Virus record (IMG/VR): IMGVR_UViG_3300006169_000158
Span: 1-50,654 of that record
Source of the DNA: a virus
Lineage: Duplodnaviria; Caudoviricetes
Strand: one strand, 5' to 3'
DNA: 50,654 nucleotides
Shown here: piece after piece, positions 24,977 to 34,857 of the stretch
How positions within the stretch are numbered: the first letter of the stretch is position 1
Layout: each line of letters starts with the position of its first letter
Made by a program: the position numbers and the translations under genes
Notes under the pieces: model-generated
What the model saw: the letters and a program-made list of their open reading frames with translations, nothing else
The model's database searches: none
Told to the model about the DNA's origin: nothing

Positions 24977-25992
24977 GGCGTCGGGTTGACGCTGAGCGTC
25001 TTGGTCAGGTCGGACGCGGAGCCGCAAGTGAACCCTGCCGGGAGCGGGCCGTTCTTGCCGACGTCCCAAGCGTTCATCATCTCCAAGCAGTACCGCGTGT
25101 TGCCCTGATCGCTGAGCGCACCGGACTGCGCTCGGACCTTGGCAGTCTCCGCATCCTTCAGCGCCCGCTGGTACTCGTTCTCGGCGTTGGCGATGTTCGC
25201 CTCGGAGGCCACGATCCGATCCAGAGCCTTCTGCGTCGGTTCGTTGAGCGGCAGTGACAGGATCGAGACCGAGTCGACCGTGACGCCGTAGGGCTTCAGT
25301 CGCTCCTCCAACCTCGCCCTGACCTTGCTGCCCATCTCGTCCTGAGCGGCGATGGCGTCCTCCGGCGCGAAATCGTTCGCCACGTTGATGAACGCGTCGC
25401 GGGTCTCCGCATAGACCAACGTCTCCCGCACGGTGTCGAAGTCCTTGTACTTATCCCACAGGGCCTTGGCTCCACCGGAACTGGTGTCATTGGCGATCGA
25501 CCACCGGCTGATGCCGTACACCCATCCCTTGCCACCACCCTCGAAGGCGACCGGGATGGCGTGCTTGCTGTCGTTGTCCTCGTCCTCGTCTCCGTTCAGC
25601 GTCGTCTCGACCGTCTGGATGCGGGTCGTGAACTTCTCCACCGTCGACCACGGGCGCTTCATGTAGAACCCCTGATCCATCGTCGAGGTGTAGACGCCGA
25701 ACTGCGTCTGGATGCCGATCGTCCTGCTGCCGACGAACGTGACCGACGCCAAGAGCGTGGCGACGAAGAAGAACCCCAGACCGATCAGGAGGACTCCCTT
25801 GATCGAACCGGGCGGTGGAGAGGGAGCCTCCCCTCCGTACCCCAGCATGCGCCTGCGTTCGCCCTCCGGGAGAGCGTCCCACGCCGCCTTCTTGTCGCGG
25901 TACTCCTCGCGGGCCTTGTACACCCCTCCTGCCGTGACTGCCGTTGCGATCGCGATCGCCACGACGATGATGACATACACCCATCCGTCCAT
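24973..25992 (-). CDS. SPFH/Band-7 family membrane protein
   Basis: Two TM segments, then TFVG..IGIQTQFG..GFYMKRPW..VEKF..R and L.ERLKPYGVTVDSVSI. Confidence 0.85.
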   Translation of the reverse strand: MDGWVYVIIVVAIAIATAVTAGGVYKAREEYRDKKAAWDALPEGERRRMLGYGGEAPSPPPGSIKGVLLIGLGFFFVATLLASVTFVGSRTIGIQTQFGVYTSTMDQGFYMKRPWSTVEKFTTRIQTVETTLNGDEDEDNDSKHAIPVAFEGGGKGWVYGISRWSIANDTSSGGAKALWDKYKDFDTVRETLVYAETRDAFINVANDFAPEDAIAAQDEMGSKVRARLEERLKPYGVTVDSVSILSLPLNEPTQKALDRIVASEANIANAENEYQRALKDAETAKVRAQSGALSDQGNTRYCLEMMNAWDVGKNGPLPAGFTCGSASDLTKTLSVNPTP

Positions 25993-26042
25993 GCTGCTGC
26001 CTTTCTTCTGTTTGCGTGCTGAATCTTCAAGAACTACGCCAC

Positions 26043-26456
26043 CTACTGAGTTGTCACCTCCGGAACGAGACTGACTCGGATGAGCCCGGCGACCATGCGT
26101 CGAACCTGTCTCCCTTCGATCACTCTCCCCCGAGCAACACTGTTCTCCATATGGCTTGCGCTGGTTGCCATGGCCGTCGACTCGGGAGGCTCTTCCATCT
26201 GCGAAGCCTCCGTGGCCAACTGATCGGCAATCTCCTTCATGGTCTCCAAGCAGTACGCCAAGTCGGTAATGACGCCCAACGTCTCAGGCAGCCCATGGCT
26301 GAGCGCGAAGTTGCAGTAGTCCTGCTCCCCGTCAGCGAACATGTACGTGGCGTGGGACGGGTTTCGACAGACGTAGCAGCCGTCCTTTTCGAGCCACTGT
26401 CGCTGGCACGAGTTCTTCAGCAGAATCTGCATTGCCCGGTTCGTCAGATCGGTCAC
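26043..26456 (-). CDS. Hypothetical protein
   Basis: GAGGAGG RBS, TAGTG overlap. Confidence 0.55.
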   Translation of the reverse strand: MTDLTNRAMQILLKNSCQRQWLEKDGCYVCRNPSHATYMFADGEQDYCNFALSHGLPETLGVITDLAYCLETMKEIADQLATEASQMEEPPESTAMATSASHMENSVARGRVIEGRQVRRMVAGLIRVSLVPEVTTQ

Positions 26457-26629
26457 TACATCCTCCTCAGTCCAATGCGCTTACGCGTTCCGCAGTACGT
26501 GCAGACTCGCCACCTGACAACCTCTGCGTGCAGGAGGAAGGCGTTCGAGTACGGCGTCTCCTCCTCGGTGACCTCCACCGTCCACCAGTGGCCGATCACG
26601 AGACACCTGAGCGCAAGGAGTGCCCTCAT
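26456..26629 (-). CDS. Small protein (LRCLVIGH.W...CTYCG)
   Basis: Common small phage C..GH..CxxCG pattern; coupled. Confidence 0.6.
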   Translation of the reverse strand: MRALLALRCLVIGHWWTVEVTEEETPYSNAFLLHAEVVRWRVCTYCGTRKRIGLRRM

Positions 26630-27063
26630 GTCGGGTCCTCCGTGAGCCCGAGAGCGTCGATCGTCTGGCAAGGCCATTCGACCGTGTGCCAGTCCATGTC
26701 GTACGGATCGCTGCTGGCCGTGATGCATTCTCGACAGTCACCGAGTGCGTTCGGGGAGTGCAACGCCTTGATGCGGGCCAGAGCAGCCTCCGCATTCTTC
26801 AGCCGGTCGATCAGTTCGATCGCCGTCGCTGGGTCTATGGCAGCGACGTACTCCGCCTCGGCCTTAGCGAACGTCTCCCGGAACTCGTCGTTGACCTCGT
26901 CGCAGCGTTCCCATGGAGTTGGCGTCTCCGCCGTGATCTTCACGTCCTTGCAGTCGGTGCCGATGTGCACCTCATACCCGATGCCACGGTCCCACGTGTG
27001 CCACTGCCTTCGTTCGGGGTCGATCGCCGCCGCCCGAGAGCGAAGCAGGTCAAGGTCTTCCAT
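26626..27063 (-). CDS. Ead/Ea22-like hypothetical protein
   Basis: AEYVAAIDPATAIELI, then H..C.EC..WPC.T. Confidence 0.6.
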   Translation of the reverse strand: MEDLDLLRSRAAAIDPERRQWHTWDRGIGYEVHIGTDCKDVKITAETPTPWERCDEVNDEFRETFAKAEAEYVAAIDPATAIELIDRLKNAEAALARIKALHSPNALGDCRECITASSDPYDMDWHTVEWPCQTIDALGLTEDPT

Positions 27064-27343
27064 CACGTCTCCTCGCATCCACGAGCGCTTGCTCGTTGTA
27101 CGACAGCGGCTTCTGCCGTGCCAGTGCGGGACGCGGAGCAGGCGCACGTCGCAACCATGCAAGGCCGGGGAAAAACGGCTGCTGCGGGTATCCGTCGCGC
27201 CAGTCGTCGAGGCGTTGGAGCCAGACATGGAGCGCCTGCCACGACCAGACCGTGAGGATCAGAGCGATCACCATGCCGAGGACACCTGCGAACAGATCCC
27301 CGAGGGCGATCCGAGCGCCACCGATCACCAGATACCAGTTCAC
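27050..27343 (-). CDS. Membrane protein
   Basis: Hydrophobic N-terminal half; GTGA coupling. Confidence 0.55.
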   Translation of the reverse strand: MNWYLVIGGARIALGDLFAGVLGMVIALILTVWSWQALHVWLQRLDDWRDGYPQQPFFPGLAWLRRAPAPRPALARQKPLSYNEQALVDARRRDGRP

Positions 27344-28014
27344 CGGGACGCCACCACCTTCAACGACTCCTCCGGCGTTGCCTTGCGCCATTCCCTAAGC
27401 GAGAAGTCCCATGTGGCCTCTCGGCCAACTTGCTTGACCCCGTCATGCTGAAGACTGCGAGCGAGAACCGTCTCGTCACCGATCGCCGTAATGACGACCC
27501 AGTCCTCATGCTCAGAGTCGTCGTTGTACTTCTCGGTGCCAACGAGAACCGAACCCACAGTCCAGTCGCGAGCGCGACACAGGTCAGCAGTGGTCATGTA
27601 CGACTCGGTGGACGACTCGGGCTCCTCCTCCGCGTCCACCGGATGCGGTTCGCTCATGAAGTCAACGGCCACCCGAGCGTTTCGACGGAACCCCTGCTTC
27701 ACTGCAAGCGACGCTCTGTTCCAAGAGACTTGATTGTGTACCCCCTCATACATCTTCCGGGCAATGTCTTCGATCATCCGTTCACGGGGATCGGGATCGG
27801 ACACGACATGCATCGCTCGGATCTTGTCGTAGCGTATCCAGAGGTCGCTGATGATCATTCCGTCGCCTGCGTTCGACTCGCCGTAGACCCCGACGATCTG
27901 AGTGTCATCATGGAGAACGACGTAGACGACCGACCCGACGGTCACTTCTCCGTAGTCGTTCGGGTCGAGGAACTGATCCTCCCGAAGGTTCGCCATCAGG
28001 ATCGCCCTGCTCAT
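27340..28014 (-). CDS. Hypothetical protein (MSRAILM...)
   Basis: ATGA coupling. Confidence 0.65.
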   Translation of the reverse strand: MSRAILMANLREDQFLDPNDYGEVTVGSVVYVVLHDDTQIVGVYGESNAGDGMIISDLWIRYDKIRAMHVVSDPDPRERMIEDIARKMYEGVHNQVSWNRASLAVKQGFRRNARVAVDFMSEPHPVDAEEEPESSTESYMTTADLCRARDWTVGSVLVGTEKYNDDSEHEDWVVITAIGDETVLARSLQHDGVKQVGREATWDFSLREWRKATPEESLKVVASR

Positions 28015-28298
28015 GCCGCCACCTTCTTGATCGCCTTGCGAAGATGCTTCTCCGCTTGGCCCAGCCCTTCGTCGTACCGCACGTAGCGGTTCAACTTCCA
28101 GCCGCACTCGCACTGGATCAGGTAGAGCGTGACATCCGCCTGCCTGTCCATGTTGACGCAGTGGCGACTGCGCGGCCCCTGCGTCGTCGTGACCTCCGAG
28201 TTCGGGTTCTCAGAAGCCTGCCGTGGCGACCGCTCGGGCTTCTTGACCGTTCCGTCGATCGCCTCCTTGACGATGACGTCTGCCACGTTCTCGACCAT
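28011..28298 (-). CDS. Hypothetical protein with CECGW..H motif
   Basis: TGATG coupling. Confidence 0.6.
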   Translation of the reverse strand: MVENVADVIVKEAIDGTVKKPERSPRQASENPNSEVTTTQGPRSRHCVNMDRQADVTLYLIQCECGWKLNRYVRYDEGLGQAEKHLRKAIKKVAA

Positions 28299-28480
28299 CA
28301 GATGAGTCCTTTCGCTTCCAGTCGGTGTTGTACTGCCTGTCGAGCCGCCTCGCGCCGGTCTTCGTCCTGACCGCCGAGGTGCCCCGTCGTCCAACCACAG
28401 GTGCAGGTCGACACCCATGCGTCGTACGTTTCGAGGAACTTGTTCGACGTCCTGTGCTGCTCGACCTCGATCTTCGTCAA
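28298..28480 (-). CDS. Small protein with CTCGW..H motif
   Basis: Coupled; motif shared with its neighbour. Confidence 0.6.
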   Translation of the reverse strand: MTKIEVEQHRTSNKFLETYDAWVSTCTCGWTTGHLGGQDEDRREAARQAVQHRLEAKGLI

Positions 28481-28863
28481 GACCGGTCACCCGGCCCCGG
28501 TACGGCAGCCAGTGCTTCGAGCATGACGCTGGTGCACTTGCCGCAGAGCGTCCACTCATCCTCGTGAACGTGGCCGTGAACCTCCTTGGCCACGAGGTTC
28601 ACGCCCGACCAAGCGAACGTGGGCGAGTTCGACTCCTTCGCGAACGCATCCGCTCCACAGATCGAGCAGTTCACGGTCTTCGGGATCGATGACTTGACGA
28701 AGTTCACCTCGCCCAGTTTGCGGTCCGATCGCGGTGCCTCGGTCTCAGCGTGCGGCAGAAGACTCACCCGTCGAGGCGCAACGGGGGTCGGGGTGGCGAC
28801 GGTCATCTTCACCTTCTCCGCGACTCGCATTGCCTTACGGGGAGCGGGCCTCTTCTTACCCAT
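28477..28863 (-). CDS. Zn-binding hypothetical protein
   Basis: CSICG..LCGKC; first gene after a class-2 promoter. Confidence 0.7.
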   Translation of the reverse strand: MGKKRPAPRKAMRVAEKVKMTVATPTPVAPRRVSLLPHAETEAPRSDRKLGEVNFVKSSIPKTVNCSICGADAFAKESNSPTFAWSGVNLVAKEVHGHVHEDEWTLCGKCTSVMLEALAAVPGPGDRS

Positions 28864-28890
28864 CAGTGCTGCTGCCTTTCTTTTGAGGTT

Positions 28891-28932
28891 GGTAGTTAAA
28901 GAATGCCTTCCACCGCCTGCATGTCAAGGGTT
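28891..28932 (-). promoter_or_regulatory. Class-2 promoter
   Basis: AACCC TTGACA-16-CATTCT TTAACTACC. Confidence 0.7.
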
Positions 28933-28947
28933 ACGAACTTGAATCTG

Positions 28948-29337
28948 CTAGAGGACCCAGCCGTCCTGCGGTCGCTTCAGTTCCAGCACCTTGATCAACA
29001 TGTCGGACATCGGTCCGTTCCAGCGGAGCGTGACGTCCTTCAGTTCTCCGCAGCGGCAGTGGCATCCGTCGACGTTGACCCCGACTTCCATGGCATTCGA
29101 GTGGTTCGTGTCAGTGAACTGGGAGAAGGTCTCCTCCTTGCATTCGGACCCCCGAGGAACAATCCAGCCCCCACACTCCATAGCGTGCTTGGATGCGCCG
29201 AAGTCGTTCCAGCCATACGTCGACACGTGCCTTCCGAATCGGTCTTCCAGCCATTCGACCGGCCTGCCGTGCTGCTCCATGAAGGCTCGGACCTTCGGGG
29301 CATACTCCGCCATCCACTGGCTTGTCACGTGCTCCAT
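28948..29337 (-). CDS. Hypothetical protein
   Basis: TGATG coupling; CHCRCG. Confidence 0.65.
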   Translation of the reverse strand: MEHVTSQWMAEYAPKVRAFMEQHGRPVEWLEDRFGRHVSTYGWNDFGASKHAMECGGWIVPRGSECKEETFSQFTDTNHSNAMEVGVNVDGCHCRCGELKDVTLRWNGPMSDMLIKVLELKRPQDGWVL

Positions 29338-29633
29338 CAGAACGGCTCCTCCACCCACGCCCGGAAGACGTGCCAGACAAGGTGACCGATCGGCACCGTG
29401 CCGAGGTAGTCACCAATGGCATCAGGCAGTCGGTTGCCCGTACCGGCCACCACGAGCGACTGATCGACGAGTGGAGCGTCACTGTCCGGAATGACCCACC
29501 ACGTCGTGATGCAGTTCAGGACGTCCGGGTAGCGGTCGCTCTTGGCAACATGAGGCAACGGGTACGCGCCTCGGGGCACCTTGACCGTGATGGTCCCGTT
29601 CACCATCTCATCGAACCGCCAGATCGTCTTCAT
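29337..29633 (-). CDS. Hypothetical phage protein (MKTIWRF...GTG..P..YLGT...LVWHVF)
   Basis: Pattern typical of a common small phage family; coupled. Confidence 0.7.
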   Translation of the reverse strand: MKTIWRFDEMVNGTITVKVPRGAYPLPHVAKSDRYPDVLNCITTWWVIPDSDAPLVDQSLVVAGTGNRLPDAIGDYLGTVPIGHLVWHVFRAWVEEPF

Positions 29634-29806
29634 TCTGCTGCCTCCACATCGTCCGCCAAGGCTCGGAGCGCCTCAGCCGGGGTCGAGCCAGACGATCCGG
29701 CGAACATGTCGCCCGACTCGCCGTCTTGGTCAATCTCAAACGCCGCAGAGATCCACGGCTCGTCTTGGTCACCTTCGTCGGTGAGAGTGACTTCGATGCG
29801 CCTCAT
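29630..29806 (-). CDS. Small acidic protein
   Basis: GGAG RBS before MRRIEV. Confidence 0.6.
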   Translation of the reverse strand: MRRIEVTLTDEGDQDEPWISAAFEIDQDGESGDMFAGSSGSTPAEALRALADDVEAAE

Positions 29807-29807
29807 G

Positions 29808-30071
29808 TCACCACTCCGGCTTGTGTTGAGGGGCCTCCGGGATGTGGCGCAGCGACGGATCGTTCTGGCCGTGCTCGACCATCCACTCCTCGCACGCCTC
29901 CACATATCTCCTTAGCGCCGGGTACGGCTTCATTCGGTCCCTGAGGTCCACGATCTCGTCCCAGACGGCCAAGCCGGGCAGGTCGCTGTCGAGGACGTCG
30001 AGGTCGAACACTGGGATCTCGGGGTCGTTCTGGACGACTCCACCTTCGATCACGACGTACGGGTCAGTCAT
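29808..30071 (-). CDS. Hypothetical protein (MTDPYVV...)
   Basis: AAGGAGG RBS. Confidence 0.65.
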   Translation of the reverse strand: MTDPYVVIEGGVVQNDPEIPVFDLDVLDSDLPGLAVWDEIVDLRDRMKPYPALRRYVEACEEWMVEHGQNDPSLRHIPEAPQHKPEW

Positions 30072-30690
30072 ACCATCCTCCTTCTGTTGAGCCGGGCCTG
30101 TAGCACTTGCACCGACAGGCCACGACGTCTTCGTCTCCACTTTTCGCAATGGTCAACTGCTTCCAGCCGTGGAACTCGCACGGCTCGATCAGGTCGACCC
30201 CCGGCGCGTGCGCCACCATCCCCCACGTCGGGTTGTACGGACCACCCCCTCCTGACGTCCTGACGTACTGGCCGCAGACCAAGCACTGCACGACCCGCTG
30301 GTTCGGCACTTCGCGGAACCACTCCTTGCGGGACCCCGGACACATGCGAGGCGGTTCGACGCGAGGACTGAACAACAAGTCCTCGCGTTCCTTGCGAGCC
30401 CCCTCAGATCGCCCGTAGCACGTGCCGCACACCGGTTCTTCATCTGGCGGGGCCTCTGCGATCCACGGTCGCCTCCGGCTTGACGTGGACTGCCCGCACC
30501 AGAACTGGTACAGACGAACGATTTCGTCGTCCCACTCCCGCAAGGCGTCATACGCCGAACGGACCATGTGCCACCGGGTGCCAACTCGGGAGCGTGCATA
30601 CCCCGGTCCTTCTGCAACCGCCTCCCTGAGAAGCGACTCCCCGAGTTGCGCATGTGACGACGTGATCGGGGGCAGATACGTGACGGTCAT
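30064..30690 (-). CDS. Cys-rich hypothetical protein
   Basis: Several CxxC motifs; coupled. Confidence 0.7.
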   Translation of the reverse strand: MTVTYLPPITSSHAQLGESLLREAVAEGPGYARSRVGTRWHMVRSAYDALREWDDEIVRLYQFWCGQSTSSRRRPWIAEAPPDEEPVCGTCYGRSEGARKEREDLLFSPRVEPPRMCPGSRKEWFREVPNQRVVQCLVCGQYVRTSGGGGPYNPTWGMVAHAPGVDLIEPCEFHGWKQLTIAKSGDEDVVACRCKCYRPGSTEGGWYD

Positions 30691-30887
30691 GGCCTGCGGT
30701 CAACCTCCGGGTTTCTCATTCGCGACAGGTCGACGTTGTTCGGCACCTTGACGTAGTCCTTGCGGATCATCGTCCAGATCGTCTCCTGCACCAGTCGTTG
30801 CCTTCCGTGATGCTGTCGAACCTCGGGCCAGACATCCTTCGTCACCTTCGTGACGAACTTGCCCGGTCCGATCATGTCGTCAGCCAT
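30687..30887 (-). CDS. Small hypothetical protein
   Basis: AAGGAGG RBS. Confidence 0.6.
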   Translation of the reverse strand: MADDMIGPGKFVTKVTKDVWPEVRQHHGRQRLVQETIWTMIRKDYVKVPNNVDLSRMRNPEVDRRP

Positions 30888-30917
30888 GTGCGCCTCCTTC
30901 TGTCGGCGTCATCGTCT

Positions 30918-31916
30918 TCATCTCCTGAGGTCGTAGATTCTCTGACTTGCCACGAGCGGTCGGTCCTCAGGTCCCTTGACGTACGGGTGCACCCAGACGC
31001 GCTTCTTCTCAGAGAGGCCGGGGCCACACCGCTGCCACCGCCAGTGCCCCCGCACCAGCCATCTGTGGCTCCATTCGACGTGCGATTCACCGGGCTCCCG
31101 ATCCGGGTACTCCGAGCGGCGCAACTCAATCACCGTCACCTTGCCGGGGATGGGCATGCGCTTCAGTCGACGACGCTCCTTGGAGTTCGGCTCATGGGTC
31201 GACGTCCTGACTATCGTCTGGTTGAGCATCAAGAACAGCGCGTGCAGGTATCGAGGTACGTTGACCGATTCGAGGTTCGGCGTCTCGTTCCGCTCTGCGA
31301 ACCTCCGACGCATGGGCTCAGGGATCGCCGTGCCCGCAATGGTCGGGGGGCCGATCCTTTCGCCGTTGAGCATGACGAACGAGCCGGTGTAGTTCCACCT
31401 ACCAACGACGCGTCTGACGAACTCCCGTTCGTCCTCCGGTCTGTACTGCCATATGGCCGTGTCGTCAGGGTCATCGTCGTCATTCCATGCGGATACCTGT
31501 AGACCGACCCCCTGCTCAACCACCGTACCGCTCCATACGATCCAGTGAATCTTCAAGATCGAACCATGGACGTCCTTCACTTCAAGCGGAACATCCAGTC
31601 GGACGATGCCAGTCAGGCTGGGGGCCAACCGTTCGTCGTGAACATCATCGTCATCCAACTGAAGCGATGCTGCTTGAACGAGCGCGCACATGTCTGTATT
31701 GACGTGGAAGGCTTCTGCTCGTTGCAGCGCATGATGTAGCCCGGCAGTCAATGCTTGCGCATCCTTCTCGACAGTCTGCGAGCGCCTGGGCATGTCGAGG
31801 TCATAGACGTCGTTCAGCAGTGCTTCATGACAGCGTTCGACGTAGGCAGTGAAGCGTTCGTCCTTGAAGCGTTCGACGAAGTCTGCCTGCATGGCCAGCA
31901 CTTCAAACGGTCTCAC
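30918..31916 (-). CDS. Hypothetical protein with C-terminal VRGHWR.Q..GP....K.VW..PY.KGP motif
   Basis: 332 aa; first gene after a class-2 promoter. Confidence 0.75.
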   Translation of the reverse strand: MRPFEVLAMQADFVERFKDERFTAYVERCHEALLNDVYDLDMPRRSQTVEKDAQALTAGLHHALQRAEAFHVNTDMCALVQAASLQLDDDDVHDERLAPSLTGIVRLDVPLEVKDVHGSILKIHWIVWSGTVVEQGVGLQVSAWNDDDDPDDTAIWQYRPEDEREFVRRVVGRWNYTGSFVMLNGERIGPPTIAGTAIPEPMRRRFAERNETPNLESVNVPRYLHALFLMLNQTIVRTSTHEPNSKERRRLKRMPIPGKVTVIELRRSEYPDREPGESHVEWSHRWLVRGHWRWQRCGPGLSEKKRVWVHPYVKGPEDRPLVASQRIYDLRR

Positions 31917-31942
31917 CTGCTGCTGCCTTTCTATGGAGGAGT

Positions 31943-31984
31943 GGTAGTTAAAGGGTGACTCTCATCGCCTCCATGTCAAGGGTT
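31943..31984 (-). promoter_or_regulatory. Class-2 promoter
   Basis: AACCC TTGACA-16-CACCCT TTAACTACC. Confidence 0.7.
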
Positions 31985-32416
31985 GTCGATGCGCTCGATG
32001 TCCTTCAGTCGAACCTTGTCGATCCAACCGTCGCCACTGTTCGTGAAGTACTCCTCGGTCTCGTAGTCGAGACGAAGTCCGAAGTCAGTGACGTTGATGT
32101 GCGCAGCGTCGAGGTTGCTGTGCTCACTGAGATACTCAATCCATCTGGGAGACGGGCTGTCGAGGTGAAGCGTGATCTCGATGACCGCCTCGATCGGTCC
32201 ATCCAGACGGTCGATGCCAAGTTCCTCCAAGACGTCGTTGATCTCTTCGCAAACATCACCAGCATTGAGGGCTTCGTTCGCCTTCTCCCGAACAGCAGTC
32301 TTCAAGTCGGTCAACGCTTGGACCGCAGTATCGGCTCGACGCTTCTCTGCTCCCAGAGCGCCTTCTGCATCCTTCAACCTTCGCTGAAGGCTCGCCATCG
32401 TTTCTCTTGCCATCAC
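31976..32416 (-). CDS. Hypothetical coiled-coil protein
   Basis: AAGGAG RBS; its stop codon lies within the next promoter's -35. Confidence 0.7.
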   Translation of the reverse strand: MMARETMASLQRRLKDAEGALGAEKRRADTAVQALTDLKTAVREKANEALNAGDVCEEINDVLEELGIDRLDGPIEAVIEITLHLDSPSPRWIEYLSEHSNLDAAHINVTDFGLRLDYETEEYFTNSGDGWIDKVRLKDIERIDNP

Positions 32417-32426
32417 TGACTCCTTG

Positions 32427-33038
32427 TCAGTCTCTGAGGTACAGACCGTTCGGGTTGAGATCGGTCAACATGCCAACTACGTCAACTGGGATGCCGAACC
32501 GCAGTTCGGGCATCTCCGCCGCCAGACCAACCAGTTCGCGACTCGGCCATCCCTGAAGCGGACCGGAGAACAAGCGACACCAGAAGCGGACGTCCAGGGG
32601 TCCGTCGACAGTCATGCGGACGAACTCCACCCATTCGGCAGTCTCGCTCGTCATCCCCTTGATCTCGACCTCAGGTCCCCCACCCGACTCGGGATACTCG
32701 GTCAGCATTCCCCATCCATGCGGACGATGCGACCTGAAGTTCCGTGCGTAACTGATCATCGGTGCGTTCATCACGGTGGACGACCATGTCGGATCAACAA
32801 CCAGTGCCGTGCGATCGAAAACGTCCTTCCCCAGAACGATCCACGAATGCTGGCTGGTGATCTGGATGCTGAAGCCACGAGCCATGCGAGCATCGATTCC
32901 GACGAAGGCATCACTCTTCAGCAGGGCGAGAGAAATCTCGTGGCATCGATTCTTCCACAGTTCACGAGGCGTCCCAACGGCCCTCTCCACGACATCTAGG
33001 TTGAGTCGCGAACGGATCAACTGCTCATCCACCGACAC
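32427..33038 (-). CDS. Hypothetical protein (C..H.W, cysteine-protease/transglutaminase-like pattern)
   Basis: NRCHEIS..QHSWIV..VDPT. Confidence 0.6.
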   Translation of the reverse strand: MSVDEQLIRSRLNLDVVERAVGTPRELWKNRCHEISLALLKSDAFVGIDARMARGFSIQITSQHSWIVLGKDVFDRTALVVDPTWSSTVMNAPMISYARNFRSHRPHGWGMLTEYPESGGGPEVEIKGMTSETAEWVEFVRMTVDGPLDVRFWCRLFSGPLQGWPSRELVGLAAEMPELRFGIPVDVVGMLTDLNPNGLYLRD

Positions 33039-33402
33039 GAGGCTTCACCGGCCCTTCTCCGTTGTATCGCTGGTCCCATGACTTCACCCATGCGACAGGT
33101 TCCGTGTGCGCTTCGATCGTCCACGCCCTTGCCGCCGCAAGCGGAACAGCCGGGATGCTCCGAGGCGTATAGCACCAGTAGCGACCCATCGTCATCCAGT
33201 CATCCTCCTTCGACTCGGCCAGTCGGAGGTTGAAGATCATGACGTACATATCGAGGCGATGGCCGTTCTCAACCTTCAACGACCAGCCCCCATAGATGCG
33301 CTGAGCGTCAGGGAACAGTTCAAGCACCTGCGGGCGTGCTTGCTCTGCGATCTGCCTGATGGACTCCGCCTCCCCAGTCAAAACGAACGGATCGAGCATC
33401 AC
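33025..33402 (-). CDS. Hypothetical protein
   Basis: GAGGAGG RBS, coupled. Confidence 0.65.
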   Translation of the reverse strand: MMLDPFVLTGEAESIRQIAEQARPQVLELFPDAQRIYGGWSLKVENGHRLDMYVMIFNLRLAESKEDDWMTMGRYWCYTPRSIPAVPLAAARAWTIEAHTEPVAWVKSWDQRYNGEGPVKPRVGG

Positions 33403-33716
33403 TCCTCCTCGACCGGTTCGACGAAGTCGTCATCGGGGTACGGCTCCCACAACCCCTTGGACGGAACGAACTGGACGAACTGGGCGCGTGCAGTCACCGT
33501 TTCGTCGGTCTTCCACTTGACCACAGGGATCGAGTCGGATCCCCAGCCCATACTGAAGCCCTCACACTCGATGACGTCACCGAGGTGCAGTTGCTGACCC
33601 CACCCCTGATGCGCACCGGGACCGATGGGTGTCATTCCGCTGAGGCGACACTGCTCTCGGACGACCCGGAACTTTCGTCCCTTGCGATACACCTCGCGAG
33701 CCTCCCTGCCATTCAT
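33399..33716 (-). CDS. Hypothetical protein
   Basis: ATGA coupling. Confidence 0.65.
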   Translation of the reverse strand: MNGREAREVYRKGRKFRVVREQCRLSGMTPIGPGAHQGWGQQLHLGDVIECEGFSMGWGSDSIPVVKWKTDETVTARAQFVQFVPSKGLWEPYPDDDFVEPVEEE

Positions 33717-34075
33717 GTCTCGTCCTTTCCGCCCCTGTCGAGCAGGTCCTTGACCAGCCCGAAGGGGAGATCCTCCATGGAGTCGACGAACGATTCCGCC
33801 TCATCACGGCCCATCTTCAGAGCCAAGTCACCCAAGCCGCCCGGAACAGCCTTGACAGGAGCGTCGTCCAGTTCGGGATCGTTCGCTCCGCAGGTCGTGC
33901 ACATCATCTTGGCGTTGGGATTCTCCTCCAAGAACTTCACTCCCGACGGCGAGACGATGACGGAGGACTGGCAGATCGGGCAGCGCATCTGCTTCGACCC
34001 CTCCACGTGAAGCAGCGGATGGAATCGATCACCCCTCATGGTCATCAAGATCCCGATCGTCTCGTCTTCATTCAT
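33713..34075 (-). CDS. Zn-binding hypothetical protein
   Basis: CPIC..CTTC; AAGGAGG RBS. Confidence 0.7.
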   Translation of the reverse strand: MNEDETIGILMTMRGDRFHPLLHVEGSKQMRCPICQSSVIVSPSGVKFLEENPNAKMMCTTCGANDPELDDAPVKAVPGGLGDLALKMGRDEAESFVDSMEDLPFGLVKDLLDRGGKDET

Positions 34076-34302
34076 CGCAACGCCTCCTTGGCACTGTCCT
34101 TGATCTGATCGGCCACCTGCATGGCGTACTGAGCCGGTATGACCGTGTGGGCACTGTCTCGCTGGCCGCGCCGCGCCCCTTCGAACACTCCAACTACCAC
34201 CGGAGCGATCGAGGCTTCCAGCACCTCCTTCCCGCCGAGACAGTGGAACCTGTCGACGCGGAGGGCGTCCTTCGACTGATACACACCTGAGTCATCGGGC
34301 AT
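34072..34302 (-). CDS. Hypothetical protein (MPDDSGV...)
   Basis: AAGGAG RBS. Confidence 0.6.
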   Translation of the reverse strand: MPDDSGVYQSKDALRVDRFHCLGGKEVLEASIAPVVVGVFEGARRGQRDSAHTVIPAQYAMQVADQIKDSAKEALR

Positions 34303-34303
34303 A

Positions 34304-34597
34304 TCACTCCTTCGTGTACGTGACCTCCCCATCCGGAGAGATGCGGGCTTCTTCGGTACGGACTGACATTCGACTGACAATCACCTCCGTCTCGGACTCC
34401 GCAGCGATCTGCTTCGCGATCTTCATGTAGTCATCTCGACGAGTCGGATCCGACGCGATAAGCGGCCACTGGACCCCTCGGGCACGGAATGACGCGATGC
34501 CTTCTTGATCGTCGTCCTTGTCGATCACTGTGAAGAGCCAGATGTTCTCGACGCGAAATCCGTCGTAGCGTGGGTCACCGGGCGGTACGTGTGTCAT
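34304..34597 (-). CDS. Hypothetical protein
   Basis: GGAGG RBS, coupled. Confidence 0.7.
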   Translation of the reverse strand: MTHVPPGDPRYDGFRVENIWLFTVIDKDDDQEGIASFRARGVQWPLIASDPTRRDDYMKIAKQIAAESETEVIVSRMSVRTEEARISPDGEVTYTKE

Positions 34598-34857
34598 ACC
34601 TGTCCTCCGTGTGTCTCGGTCTCAGCGGGCGAGCCACCGTCAATGGCCTCCACGGTGACTCGAACGACGCTGCCCAATCCTTCGACCCGGAACTCTCCGA
34701 CGTCGGTCATGACGAGCGCGATGCCCTGTGACTTGGAGGCCAACTGGCGTAACACTCCTTCGATGAGGCCGGTAGTCATTCCAGCCAATGGACTGTCGAA
34801 GCCGAAGGGCTCGCGTTCGTCGACGATCACTGGTTCATCTCCGGGTAGTGAGGCCAT
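34594..34857 (-). CDS. Hypothetical protein
   Basis: Fills the operon gap. Confidence 0.55.
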   Translation of the reverse strand: MASLPGDEPVIVDEREPFGFDSPLAGMTTGLIEGVLRQLASKSQGIALVMTDVGEFRVEGLGSVVRVTVEAIDGGSPAETETHGGQV